From Alistipes sp. (GTDB taxonomy: Bacteria; Bacteroidota; Bacteroidia; Bacteroidales; Rikenellaceae), in contig JAZNDK010000015.1 in NCBI GenBank assembly GCA_045588005.1, forward strand, positions 7,137 through 71,136: a stretch of DNA of 64,000 nt, read 5' to 3'. Below are positions 29,788 to 39,839 of the stretch, in pieces. Numbering within the stretch: the stretch's first letter is position 1; the number at the start of each line of letters is the position of its first letter. The notes below the pieces were generated by a model that was not told where the DNA came from, searched no databases, and was given only the letters and a program-made list of their open reading frames with translations. The translations under genes were made by a program, and so were the position numbers.

Positions 29788-30270
29788 TTACTCGTCGTAA
29801 CGGCTATTATGCAGAAAGCCTTTTAGGCGTATGGCCATACGCACCACCTGACGTCTAAGCCCCGTGATGGTGACACCGCCATCCTCGGTACGCACCTCTA
29901 CCCTATCCTCGAACATCATCATAAGACGCTGCACGGGTCCTGCGGCACGATACACCTTATAGCCCTTACCCTCCTCGACGAGCTTAAAGCCCGACTGAAG
30001 CATGGTATTCTCGATTCTCAGGGCATCTCGCTCGATATCGCAGCCCTCGATAAAGGTGCTCACAAAACCGAAACGCGGATAGGCTGCCGAGAGCAATACC
30101 ACACCCACAGCCAACCAAAGACCGTCGCGCGAGAGAAGCTGCGCACGCACCATATCCCAATAGCCTACGCCCGCAACCTCGGGGTAGCTTAACACCATAA
30201 CCCCGATAAGGGCCAATATCAAAACGCTGAGAAAGATAAAGTATTTCAGCGACCTAATAACATATCTCAT
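29788..30270 (-). CDS. Hypothetical membrane protein
   Basis: Two N-terminal TMs; fills the operon gap between ispH and the S41 peptidase. Confidence 0.7.
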   Translation of the reverse strand: MRYVIRSLKYFIFLSVLILALIGVMVLSYPEVAGVGYWDMVRAQLLSRDGLWLAVGVVLLSAAYPRFGFVSTFIEGCDIERDALRIENTMLQSGFKLVEEGKGYKVYRAAGPVQRLMMMFEDRVEVRTEDGGVTITGLRRQVVRMAIRLKGFLHNSRYDE

Positions 30271-30309
30271 AATTTCTATCTATAACTTCGTTTTCGACTC
30301 TTCGCGCCT

Positions 30310-31173
30310 CTAAGCATAGTGCTCCCCGATAGCTGTTGCTACACGCTCCATCAGCCATCGCGGCGTAGAGGTGGCTCCACATATTCCGACACTCTCCGCG
30401 CCCTCGAACCAGCTCCACTCCAACTCCGCGATATCCTCGATATTGTAGGTTCTCGGATTAGCCTTGCGACACACCTCGCAGAGGACCTTGCCGTTCGAGG
30501 ATTTTCGACCTGCAACAAAGATTACCACATCGACACCCCGAGCAAAATCGATGAGCGACGCCTCGCGGCCGGCAACTCGACGGCAGATAGTGTCGTCGAG
30601 AGTCACACGCTCGGCACTACCGCTACGACGTACAATCTCTCGGCCAAGACGCTCGAAGAGCTCGATACTCTGTGTTGTCTGCGAGAGAAAGTATATCGGG
30701 CGGGTAAAATCTACCGCATCGAGATCCTCGAAACGCTCTACCACCACCACATCGTCATCGACCTGACCCGTGAGACCCACCACCTCGGCATGGCCTCGCT
30801 TGCCGAGCAAAACGACACTGCCGCCCACACTCTGCATCTTCTCGTAGGCCTGACGTATGCGTCGTTGCAGACGTGCCACCACAGGGCATGTAGCATCTAT
30901 AATTCTCAGATTAAGCTCCTCGGCACGGCGATAGGTGCGCGGAGGCTCGCCATGAGCTCGTATCAGAAGGGTAGCACCACCCAACGAGGGCATATCCTCG
31001 TGCGATACCGTGCCAAGGCCCAACTCTTCGAGACGCTGCACCTCGACCCTGTTGTGAACAATGTCGCCCAACGAATAGACTCTGCCAACCTCGCCAAGAG
31101 CCCTTTCTGCCTCGCCAATGGCGCGTACCACACCAAAGCAGAAGCCCGAATTTTCATCTATCGTAACACGCAT
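30310..31173 (-). CDS. ispH: 4-hydroxy-3-methylbut-2-enyl diphosphate reductase
   Basis: SGFCFGV, IVHN, RAHG, DATCP.V, SQTT, DTIC, SSN, ATSTP. Confidence 0.96.
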   Translation of the reverse strand: MRVTIDENSGFCFGVVRAIGEAERALGEVGRVYSLGDIVHNRVEVQRLEELGLGTVSHEDMPSLGGATLLIRAHGEPPRTYRRAEELNLRIIDATCPVVARLQRRIRQAYEKMQSVGGSVVLLGKRGHAEVVGLTGQVDDDVVVVERFEDLDAVDFTRPIYFLSQTTQSIELFERLGREIVRRSGSAERVTLDDTICRRVAGREASLIDFARGVDVVIFVAGRKSSNGKVLCEVCRKANPRTYNIEDIAELEWSWFEGAESVGICGATSTPRWLMERVATAIGEHYA

Positions 31174-31178
31174 ACCCT

Positions 31179-31874
31179 CTAAGCGTTGATTCTCTCGTTG
31201 TAACGCTCCATAAACCACGCCATCTGCTCCTCGACACTCATCGTCGAGTTATCGAGCAGGATGGCATCGTCGGCTCGGCGCAGAGGAGATATAGCGCGTG
31301 TCATATCGGCCTCGTCGCGCGACACTACATTGGCATATACCTCCTCCAGAGTCACATTATCGCCCTTTGCCGTAAGCTCCTTGTAGCGACGCTCGGCACG
31401 CACCCGCGGGTCGGCGGTCATATATATTTTAAGCTCGGCGTCGGGGAATACCACAGTACCTATGTCGCGGCCATCCATAACCACACCCTTACGCATGCCC
31501 ATAGCCTGCTGCATAGCCACCAACTTGCAACGCACCGCAGCAATCGAGCTTATGGCACTCACACAGTTGCTAACCTCGATAGTGCGAATCTTACCCTCGA
31601 CAAGGTCGCCATTGACGTAGATATCGCTCGCACCACGCATGGCATTAAACCTGAAATCGATGTTTATATCGTCGAGCATAGCCTCGACAGCCTCCTCATC
31701 GACAATCCCCGAGCATATAGCTCCGTGCTCCAAGGCGTAGAGCGTAACGGCACGATACATCGCACCTGTATCGATGAAGATATAGCCCAAGCGGGCCGCG
31801 ATAGCCTTTGCAAAGGTGCTCTTACCACACGACGAATGACCGTCGAGAGCAACTATTATCTTTTTGGTCTGCAT
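31179..31874 (-). CDS. cmk: Cytidylate kinase
   Basis: DG.S..GKST, IDTGAMYRAV, MDGRDIGTVVFPDA. Confidence 0.97.
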   Translation of the reverse strand: MQTKKIIVALDGHSSCGKSTFAKAIAARLGYIFIDTGAMYRAVTLYALEHGAICSGIVDEEAVEAMLDDINIDFRFNAMRGASDIYVNGDLVEGKIRTIEVSNCVSAISSIAAVRCKLVAMQQAMGMRKGVVMDGRDIGTVVFPDAELKIYMTADPRVRAERRYKELTAKGDNVTLEEVYANVVSRDEADMTRAISPLRRADDAILLDNSTMSVEEQMAWFMERYNERINA

Positions 31875-31893
31875 ATCGTTTGAATAGTTTATT

Positions 31894-32565
31894 TTAGACA
31901 AACTGAGATATTAGGGCGATAAGTCCCAATGCACTGATTACTATGCCCGCCACACGGTTTATTGTGAGCATATGGCGCGGGCGGAAACCCCTGCGGAAGA
32001 TGTTTATAATCGAGGTAAGTACCAACCACCACAACACAGCACCAAGCAGGAAGCCGCTGATAATCAAAGCATTTGTCGCCACAGCACTAAGCTCTGAGCC
32101 CTCCGCAACGGTGCTCTCTGCGCTTCCCGCCAACTCGACATTAAACATTGTAAAGAAGGCGAGGATATAGGGTATGACAACAACAAAGTTGGCCAGCGTA
32201 AAACCGAACATCGAGGCAAAGTCCTGCCACAAGGCACTATGCCCTGCGCGGTTTTTACGGATTTGTGGCACAGGATTTTTGAAGAATATGAAGATTCCCA
32301 CAATCACCACAAAGACTCCGCCGCATATCTGAATAATAGTGTTATACTCGTCAATATAGGTCTTTAACAGAGCATATACCGAGAACGATAGTATAGCAAG
32401 CAGCGTGTCGGCACACGCTACGCCCAAGCCCGAAATGCCTCCCGAGAGCGCACCCTTGCTCAGCGTACGCTGAATACAGAGCACAGCCACAGGGCCCACC
32501 GTCACCGACGAGGCAACGCCGACACATATACCATCGAAGAGTGTCTTTAATATCTCGACTATCAT
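31894..32565 (-). CDS. LysE family translocator
   Basis: GPVAVLCIQRTL..G...G..SGLG.A.AD; about six TMs; -7 box at 32632-32639 (minus). Confidence 0.9.
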   Translation of the reverse strand: MIVEILKTLFDGICVGVASSVTVGPVAVLCIQRTLSKGALSGGISGLGVACADTLLAILSFSVYALLKTYIDEYNTIIQICGGVFVVIVGIFIFFKNPVPQIRKNRAGHSALWQDFASMFGFTLANFVVVIPYILAFFTMFNVELAGSAESTVAEGSELSAVATNALIISGFLLGAVLWWLVLTSIINIFRRGFRPRHMLTINRVAGIVISALGLIALISQFV

Positions 32566-32973
32566 AATGTTTCTATAGAGTCAAAAGCGTGCCGAACTCG
32601 ACCAGAGGTCGCACACGCACATATATCGTGGCAAAGATACTAAAAAAACGTTAAACTGCGAAAGGATTATGTGCTAATAAGAGCGAATTATAGAGAATAA
32701 GGAGCCCTAATCGGGTGTAATAGCTGTAAAAAGCGACGCAGGCAAAAAAGATAAAAGTCTAATCATAGAAAGTTTTTATTTTCATCTACATTAACTAATT
32801 CGTCGCATATATATAGAACATATATATAGAAAATAATCTAAACAGACAACACCATCGAGAGTCGTTGGAGGTCGCTCAAAGAGCTACTCGCAACGAATAT
32901 ATCCAAAACATATAATAGAGCACAAAACGCTCTACTATAAACGCAATAGAAATAAACCTTGCAAATAAGCGAG

Positions 32974-32982
32974 TTATCCACA
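32974..32982 (+). promoter_or_regulatory. Perfect DnaA box in a 760-bp AT-rich divergent intergenic region
   Basis: TTATCCACA directly followed by ATTTCACA. Confidence 0.4.
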
Positions 32983-33327
32983 ATTTCACAACTATATCAA
33001 CCCTATATTATCAATAAACGATAGCTTAATTTGGCTAAAATAAACGATAGAAAATTACTAAAAAATCATTTATTAGAAGAAAAATATATCGGAAAAATGG
33101 GGGGGGTGATGTGGGTTAAAACCGACAAGCAACTTAGAAGATAAGAGCTGTTGGATAACACCAGATATGAACACCATGCAATATAAAGGTCGAGTTTTTG
33201 GCTCGAAGCCAGGGGCGCAGACTCAAAAAAATATGGCAAATTATTTCGCAGTCTCGAAAAAATTATATACCTTTGACAAGATATTGTACATTATTGTGAA
33301 ACAAACAAACCTAAAACAATTAAAGAT

Positions 33328-34944
33328 ATGAGAAAACTACTTCTCGGTGACGAGGCTATCGCACAGGCCGCTATCGATTCAGGTCTGTCGGGTGTCTATG
33401 CATACCCGGGTACTCCCTCAACCGAAATTACAGAATTCATTCAGCTTCGCGAAGAGAAGCGCGGTGCAACCGACGACAAGATTTGCTGCCGCTGGGCAAC
33501 AAACGAGAAGACAGCCATGGAGGGTGCTCTCGGCATGTCGTACATGGGCAAGCGTGCTTTGGTCTGCATGAAGCATGTCGGCATGAACGTTGCTGCCGAT
33601 CCATTTGTAAACTCAGCCATGACAGGCGTGAACGGTGGTTTGGTGGTTGTTGCTGCCGACGACCCCTCGATGCACTCGTCGCAGAACGAGCAGGACTCTC
33701 GCTTCTACGGCAAGTTCGCCCTTGTCCCCGTATTTGAGCCATCGTCACAGCAGGAGGCGTATGAGATGACACGCGCCGCATTCGAGCTCTCGGAGGCTGT
33801 TAAGCTCCCCGTACTCCTCCGCGTAACAACACGCATGGCCCACTCGCGCGCCGTGGTCGAGATTAGCGAGTCGCCCCGCAAGCAGAACGAGATCAACCGT
33901 CCCGAGGATGTGCGCCGCTGGATTCTACTCCCCGCATTCGCAAAGAAGCGTTATGTCGAGTTGCTCGCTCAGCAGGATGACCTATTGAAGGCCGCCGTAG
34001 AGTCGAAGTTCAACATCTATCGCAAGGGCTCTAAGCCCGAACTCGGCGTAATCACAACAGGTATCGCCTACAACTACTACATGGAGAATGTAGCAGGTGC
34101 CGAGGAGCGCAGCGTACTCAAAGTGTCGCAGTACCCCCTTCCCGTAGCTCTTATCGAGAAGATGGTCGAGGATGGTGCTAAGGAGATTCTCGTTATGGAG
34201 GAGGGTCAGCCCGTGGTTGAGGAGATGGTTCGTGCCATTGTTCCCTCGACAGTTGCAGTCAAGGGCCGCCTCACAGGCGATTTGCCCCGCGTAGGTGAGC
34301 TTACACCCGACAGCGTGCGTAAGTCTCTCGGCATGGCCGCTTTGGAGAACCACGATGCCGACAACCTCGTAGTAGCCCGCCCGCCCGCCTTGTGTCAGGG
34401 TTGCGGTCACCGCGATATGTACAAGGCTCTGAACGAGGTGGCTGCCGAGTACGATAATCCCCGCATCTTCGGTGATATCGGTTGCTACACTCTCGGTGCT
34501 CTGTCACCCTTCAACGCTCTGAGCGCATGTGTGGAGATGGGTGCTTCGATAACTATGGCTAAGGGTGCTTCGGATGCCGGTCAGTTCCCTGCATTTGCAG
34601 TTATCGGCGACTCAACATTCACCCACTCGGGTATGACAGGTCTTTTGGACTGCGTAAACTCTAATGCTAATGTTGTTATCATCATCTCGGATAACCTCAC
34701 TACGGGTATGACCGGTGGTCAGGACTCGGCCGGCACAGGCAAGATCGAGGATGTCTGCCGTGGCTTGGGCGTACACCCCGACCATGTTCGCGTTGTTGTG
34801 CCTCTGCCCAAGAATATGGAGGAGATTAAGGCTACGTTGCGCGAGGAGATCGAGTACAACGGCGTATCGGTTGTGATACCTCGTCGCGAGTGTATCCAGA
34901 CAGCTAAGCGTCACGCTAAGGCACGTGCAGCACAGAAGAAGTAG
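33328..34944 (+). CDS. iorA: Indolepyruvate:ferredoxin oxidoreductase alpha subunit
   Basis: LLGDEAIA, YPGTPSTEI, NEKTA, MKHVG.NV..D, DDP..HSSQNEQD, RPP.LC.GC.HR, GDSTF.HSG; -7 box at 33268-33275. Confidence 0.95.
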   Translation: MRKLLLGDEAIAQAAIDSGLSGVYAYPGTPSTEITEFIQLREEKRGATDDKICCRWATNEKTAMEGALGMSYMGKRALVCMKHVGMNVAADPFVNSAMTGVNGGLVVVAADDPSMHSSQNEQDSRFYGKFALVPVFEPSSQQEAYEMTRAAFELSEAVKLPVLLRVTTRMAHSRAVVEISESPRKQNEINRPEDVRRWILLPAFAKKRYVELLAQQDDLLKAAVESKFNIYRKGSKPELGVITTGIAYNYYMENVAGAEERSVLKVSQYPLPVALIEKMVEDGAKEILVMEEGQPVVEEMVRAIVPSTVAVKGRLTGDLPRVGELTPDSVRKSLGMAALENHDADNLVVARPPALCQGCGHRDMYKALNEVAAEYDNPRIFGDIGCYTLGALSPFNALSACVEMGASITMAKGASDAGQFPAFAVIGDSTFTHSGMTGLLDCVNSNANVVIIISDNLTTGMTGGQDSAGTGKIEDVCRGLGVHPDHVRVVVPLPKNMEEIKATLREEIEYNGVSVVIPRRECIQTAKRHAKARAAQKK

Positions 34945-34970
34945 AGAGAAACATCTAAAACGAATCCGAA

Positions 34971-35552
34971 ATGAAAAAAGATATCATATTAGCCGGCGTC
35001 GGCGGACAGGGTATTCTGTCGATTGCCACGGTCATCGGCGAGGCAGTTCTTGCCGAGGGTTGGAACATCAAGCAGGCCGAGGTTCACGGCATGAGCCAGC
35101 GTGGTGGCGATGTGCAGAGTAACCTGCGTATCTCGACCGAGCCTATCGCATCGGACCTTATCGCTATGGGTGGAGCCGACATCATCATCTCGTTGGAGCC
35201 CATGGAGGCGTTGCGCTACCTCCCCTATTTGAAGAAGGATGGCTGGGTAGTAACAAGCAATGTTCCCTTCATCAACATCCCCAACTACCCCGCCGAGGAG
35301 GATATTGCAGCCCACTTGGCAGCACTTCCTCACTGCGTATCGCTAAACGTCGAGGAGCTCGCTAAGGCAGCAGGTGCTCCGCTTCAGGCAGCCAACATGG
35401 TGTTGCTTGGCGCAGCTATCCCCATGCTCGACATCGAGAAGGAGAAGTTCGAGGCAGGTATTCGCCGCATCTTCGCACGCAAGGGCGAGGAGGTTATCGA
35501 GAAGAACCTCGCAGCAGTACGCGCAGGTTTCGAGAATAGCGTAAAACTCTAA
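34971..35552 (+). CDS. iorB: Indolepyruvate:ferredoxin oxidoreductase beta subunit
   Basis: GVGGQGIL, EVHGMSQRGG.V, EP.EALRY. Confidence 0.95.
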   Translation: MKKDIILAGVGGQGILSIATVIGEAVLAEGWNIKQAEVHGMSQRGGDVQSNLRISTEPIASDLIAMGGADIIISLEPMEALRYLPYLKKDGWVVTSNVPFINIPNYPAEEDIAAHLAALPHCVSLNVEELAKAAGAPLQAANMVLLGAAIPMLDIEKEKFEAGIRRIFARKGEEVIEKNLAAVRAGFENSVKL

Positions 35553-35564
35553 ATAGAAGTTCGT

Positions 35565-36881
35565 ATGGATAGACCATTGGATAAACAGACGGTCGATAAT
35601 ATCTGTATCGCCAACGGCTTGCGCAACGCCAAGGAGCTTGGCGCAGCCTCTATTCGTCAGTTTGTAAGCGTCGTGAAGGATATCGAGGCTAAGACCGGCG
35701 TGGAGTATATCCGTATGGAGATTGGCGAGCCCGGTCTTCCCGCCGAGCAGATAGGTATCGAGGCCGAGCACGAGGCTCTGCTTGCCGGCGTTGGTTCGAA
35801 GTACCCCCTTATCACAGGTATCGAGCCCCTAACCAAGGAGGCATCGCGCTTTGTCAAGGCCTTTATCAACATTGATATACCTCCCGCATGCTTTGTGCCT
35901 ACGGTAGGCTCTATGCAGGGTGCTTTTGCATCGTTCATGGCTCTTACGCAGATGCGCGAGGATCGCGACACTATCCTCTTTATCGACCCTGGCTTCCCCG
36001 TACAGAAGGCGCAGTGCCGCGTGCAGGGTGTTCGCTACGAGTCGTTCGACGTTATCGACTATCGTGGCAAGGCTTTGGAGCAGAAGCTCGAGGAGATTCT
36101 CTCGTCGGGCCGTATCAGCGGCATGATCTACTCGAACCCCAACAACCCCTCGTGGATGTGTCTTAACGAGGAGGGGCTCGAGATTATCGGCCGCATGGCA
36201 ACGAAGTACGATGTGATCGTCATCGAGGACTTGGCATACCTCAACATGGACTTCCGAGAGGATCGCTCAAAGCCCTTTGAGCCTCCCTATCAGCCTACGG
36301 TTGCCCGCTACACGAACAACTGTCTGCACCTGCTCTCGGGCTCGAAGATGTTCTCGTATGCCGGCCAGCGTATCGCCGTTGTAGCTATGAACCCCGCACT
36401 CGCAGACCGCTGCTACGAGGGTTTTGCTAAGCGTTATGGCAACGACGGACAGTTCCGCCGCAACTTCATCTTCAATATCCTCTACGTTCTCTCGTCGGGT
36501 GTTCCCCACTCGGCTCAGTATGCTCTTACGGCGATGTTCCGTGCCGCTTCGGATGGTCGCCTCAACTACGTTGAGCATACGCGCGAGTATGCACGTCGTG
36601 CTGCACGCGTGAAGGAGATTATGATTAAGAATGGCTTCCATATTGTATATGATAAGGATTGCGATCAGGAGGTCAGCGACGGCTTCTTCTTCACATTTGG
36701 CTACAAGGATATGACCGGCGAGCAGCTTATCAACAAGCTTATCTACTACGGCATCTCGGCCATCACGCTTGCTCCCACGGGTAGCTCGCGCGAGGGTCTT
36801 AGAGGCTGCGTGTCGATGATCTCGGACTACCAGTACGACGAACTCGACAAGCGACTCCACTTATTCAGCCAAGATTATTAA
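35565..36881 (+). CDS. PLP-dependent aminotransferase, class I/II
   Basis: NPNNP, EDLAY, SGSK.FSYAGQR PLP-lysine motif. Confidence 0.92.
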   Translation: MDRPLDKQTVDNICIANGLRNAKELGAASIRQFVSVVKDIEAKTGVEYIRMEIGEPGLPAEQIGIEAEHEALLAGVGSKYPLITGIEPLTKEASRFVKAFINIDIPPACFVPTVGSMQGAFASFMALTQMREDRDTILFIDPGFPVQKAQCRVQGVRYESFDVIDYRGKALEQKLEEILSSGRISGMIYSNPNNPSWMCLNEEGLEIIGRMATKYDVIVIEDLAYLNMDFREDRSKPFEPPYQPTVARYTNNCLHLLSGSKMFSYAGQRIAVVAMNPALADRCYEGFAKRYGNDGQFRRNFIFNILYVLSSGVPHSAQYALTAMFRAASDGRLNYVEHTREYARRAARVKEIMIKNGFHIVYDKDCDQEVSDGFFFTFGYKDMTGEQLINKLIYYGISAITLAPTGSSREGLRGCVSMISDYQYDELDKRLHLFSQDY

Positions 36882-36886
36882 CAAAC

Positions 36887-37008
36887 AGAGAGTGAATAAA
36901 AAGTATATTTTGGCGTTACGCTCGCCCTCAAAATCCTCATTTAGGTAGAGTAAACTGCGGTTTCTCAGGCTTCAGAGGCCTAAAACTATATCTTTTTATT
37001 CACTCTCT
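36887..37008 (-). mobile_element. 122-bp MITE-like palindromic element (type E)
   Basis: Perfect 17-bp terminal inverted repeats AGAGAGTGAATAAAAAG; minus-strand core ACCGCAGTTTA..TAAATGAGGAT. Confidence 0.7.
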
Positions 37009-37016
37009 TAATTAGC

Positions 37017-37055
37017 GGAGGCCAGCTAAATCGTTTTTAGCTACCTCCCCTTTTT
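37017..37055 (+). terminator. Terminator-like hairpin just before the CoA-transferase start
   Basis: GGAGG..AGCTAAA/TTTAGCT.CCTCC followed by CCTTTTT. Confidence 0.5.
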
Positions 37056-37062
37056 AACCTTT

Positions 37063-38364
37063 ATGAGTATGAAACTTGTATCTGCGGCGGAAGCCGTAAA
37101 ACTTATTAAGTCGGGTGACTCGGTCTTTATTCAGGGCTCGACATCTATCCCCGAGGTCTTGGTTCAAGCGATGACTGACCGCGCTCCGGAGCTTCGCGAT
37201 GTTAAGGTCTATTCGGCCTTTGCTATCGGTCGTTTCGATGCTCCATACGCCAAGGCAGAGCTCCGCGACTCTTTCGAGCCGCTCAGCTTCTTCGTGGCCA
37301 ACAACCTGCGCAACGCCATCAAAGAGGGTGTAGCACAGACCATCCCCGCCTTCCTCGGCGAGATTCCCTTCCTCTTCCGCTCGGGTCAGGTGCCCTTGGA
37401 TGTAACACTCCTAAATGTGTCGGAGCCCGACGAGGAGGGCTACTGCTCTTACGGTATCTCTGCCGACTTGGCATTCTCGGCAGCCGAGTGCTCGAAGACC
37501 ATCATCGCACAGGTCAATAAGTATATGCCTCGTACGTTTGGCGACCCCGTAATCCATGTGTCGAAGATCGACGCTATGGTACGCGGCGACGAGCCTCTTG
37601 TCGAAGTACCCACAGTCGTACCCAACGATGTGGAGCGAGCTATCGGCAACTATATCGCTTCGGAGATTCCCGACGGCGCAACCTTGCAGATTGGCGTGGG
37701 CGGCATTCCCAATGCCGTACTCGACGCGCTACACGACCATAAGCACCTCGGCCTACATACCGAGGCTATGACGGACGGCGTTGTGCCCCTCATTCAGAAG
37801 GGTATCATCGACAACTCGCTCAAAAAGATATACCCCGGACAGTCGGTAGCATGCCTCTGCTTGGGTAGCCAGCGTCTCTACGACTACTTGGATGGCAACC
37901 GCGATGTGGTCATCCGCGATGTAGCATGGACCAACGACCCGCAGAACATCCGCCAGAACCCCCGCGTTATGGCAGTGAACTCGGCTATCGAGATCGACCT
38001 CACGGGACAGATATGCGCCGACTCAATTGGCGAGCGCATCTTCTCGGGTGTAGGTGGACAGCACGACTTTATGTATGGCGGTGCTCTATCGGAGGGCGGT
38101 AAGTGCTTCATTGCTCTACCCTCGATTACCAATAAGGGTATCTCGAAGATTGTCCCCACACTCACAAAGGGTGCTGGTGTTGTTACAACACGTTTCCAGT
38201 CACAATATATCGCCACGGAGCACGGTATTGTCTATCTGCGTAACAAGTCGTTGGCCGAGCGCGCTAAGTTACTTATCTCTATCGCCGACCCATCGGTTCG
38301 CGAGGATTTGGAGCGTGCCGCTGTCGAGCGTTTCGGCATCGGTTTCTTGCGCTGCCGCGTATAG
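37063..38364 (+). CDS. Acetyl-CoA hydrolase/CoA-transferase family protein (4-hydroxybutyrate CoA-transferase-like)
   Basis: DGATLQIG.G.IP.AV, LGLHTE, NSAIEIDLTGQ..ADSIG, SGVGGQ.DF. Confidence 0.93.
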   Translation: MSMKLVSAAEAVKLIKSGDSVFIQGSTSIPEVLVQAMTDRAPELRDVKVYSAFAIGRFDAPYAKAELRDSFEPLSFFVANNLRNAIKEGVAQTIPAFLGEIPFLFRSGQVPLDVTLLNVSEPDEEGYCSYGISADLAFSAAECSKTIIAQVNKYMPRTFGDPVIHVSKIDAMVRGDEPLVEVPTVVPNDVERAIGNYIASEIPDGATLQIGVGGIPNAVLDALHDHKHLGLHTEAMTDGVVPLIQKGIIDNSLKKIYPGQSVACLCLGSQRLYDYLDGNRDVVIRDVAWTNDPQNIRQNPRVMAVNSAIEIDLTGQICADSIGERIFSGVGGQHDFMYGGALSEGGKCFIALPSITNKGISKIVPTLTKGAGVVTTRFQSQYIATEHGIVYLRNKSLAERAKLLISIADPSVREDLERAAVERFGIGFLRCRV

Positions 38365-38389
38365 GTCGAATAATCTATTCCAATATTTA

Positions 38390-38428
38390 TATATGGCTCT
38401 CCACAGATTGTTGGGGGCCATATTTTTT
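38390..38428 (+). terminator. Intrinsic terminator
   Basis: ATATGGCTCT...GGGGCCATAT followed by a T run. Confidence 0.7.
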
Positions 38429-38515
38429 GTGGCAATTTTTAACCCATTACTCTATGTCTTTTTGGAGTTTTTTATTAACTTTGTGGCCATAAAGCAATAA
38501 TAAGCAGATAAGATT

Positions 38516-39769
38516 ATGAAAGTGTATAAGTTTGGTGGTGCGTCGGTTAAGGATGCAGCCGGTGTACGCAACCTCCTAAATATTGTTAAGGGCGAGAGCG
38601 ACCTCTTTATCATCGTATCGGCAATGGGCAAGACAACCAACGCCCTCGAAGGGGTCTTTTCCGCCATGCAGCAAGGCGACGAAGCCTTGGCCTTGGAGCG
38701 TATAGACCAGAGCTACGCCTATCACCGCTCGATTATCGACGAGCTTATGGGCGCAGATATTACCATCGAACAGGTAAACGTACTCTTCGCACAGCTTCGC
38801 AATACGGTGCGCAACACCATCTATCGCCCCTCGGATGCCGAGCTGTGGTACGACACCATTGTTGCCTTTGGCGAGCTGTTATCAACAACCATCATTTCGA
38901 ACTACCTCAACGGTTTTGGCGTCAAGAACCGCTGGGTGGATATGCGCCGAGCATTCCTCACGGAGCAGCGTCACAAGGATGCAAACGTCAATTTGGAGGC
39001 TACGGCCGTGCGCCTAAAACGCGAGATTGCCGATAGCGACGTCACCGTATTCGTTGGTCAGGGCTTCATTGGTGGTGCTCCCGACGGCACGACAACGACA
39101 TTGGGTCGCGAGGGCTCGGACTACTCGGCAGCTATCGTTGCCAATGTTCTGGATGCCGAGTCTATGAGTGTATGGAAGGATGTCGATGGCATACTCAATG
39201 CCGACCCCAAGATATTCCCCGACGCTCGCAAAATCGAGCGACTCAACTACATGGATACTATCGAGATGGCATACAGCGGTGCGCAGATTATCCACCCAAA
39301 GACCATTAAGCCTCTGCAACAGAAGAATATACCCCTCTATGTTCGCCCCTTTGGTAATAAGGATGCTAAAGGTTCGGTAATCACAGGCGATGTGGAGCGT
39401 GCCTTCGAGCCTATCATGATTCAGAAGAGCAATCAGGTGCTATTGAACCTCCACTCGCGCGATTTGTCGTTTGTCTTGGAGGAGAAGTTCGCCAAGCTTT
39501 TTGCAACGCTCGATAGCCACCGTCTGCGCATCAATCTTGTACACAACTCGGCGGTAAACCTCTATCTGGCTGTCGATTCTTCATGGCATATCGACGATGC
39601 TATCGCCGAGCTTATGGCCGAGGGCTTCGATGTCGAGAAGATTGAGGATGTCGAGATGGTAACAATTCGCTACTACACCGACGAGCTCTACCGTCGTTAC
39701 GCCTTCGACGAACGAATAATAATCAAGCAGGCAACACCCCACTCGCTACGCTTTGTGCGTACGAAGTAG
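38516..39769 (+). CDS. lysC: Aspartate kinase
   Basis: KFGGASV, VSAMGKTTN, GELLS, TTLGREGSDYSA, WKDVDG; -7 box at 38476-38483. Confidence 0.93.
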   Translation: MKVYKFGGASVKDAAGVRNLLNIVKGESDLFIIVSAMGKTTNALEGVFSAMQQGDEALALERIDQSYAYHRSIIDELMGADITIEQVNVLFAQLRNTVRNTIYRPSDAELWYDTIVAFGELLSTTIISNYLNGFGVKNRWVDMRRAFLTEQRHKDANVNLEATAVRLKREIADSDVTVFVGQGFIGGAPDGTTTTLGREGSDYSAAIVANVLDAESMSVWKDVDGILNADPKIFPDARKIERLNYMDTIEMAYSGAQIIHPKTIKPLQQKNIPLYVRPFGNKDAKGSVITGDVERAFEPIMIQKSNQVLLNLHSRDLSFVLEEKFAKLFATLDSHRLRINLVHNSAVNLYLAVDSSWHIDDAIAELMAEGFDVEKIEDVEMVTIRYYTDELYRRYAFDERIIIKQATPHSLRFVRTK

Positions 39770-39786
39770 GGCATATTCGAAAGATA

Positions 39787-39812
39787 AGGGGCGGCAAAAT
39801 TTTGCCACCCCT
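39787..39812. repeat. Divergent REP-like palindrome between convergent genes
   Basis: AGGGGCGGCAAAATTTTGCCACCCCT. Confidence 0.45.
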
Positions 39813-39839
39813 ACCATTTTTATAATAGTAATTCTGCCC

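Noticed and set aside
30319..31182. Long antisense ORFs (also 22485-23258, 27441-28124, 29016-29705, 60608-61366, 63204-63866 and others)
   Set aside because: Shadows of well-supported genes on the opposite strand; no recognisable motifs
33234..33250. Sigma-54 promoter before iorA
   Set aside because: GG to GC spacing is one base too long; a sigma-A box is present
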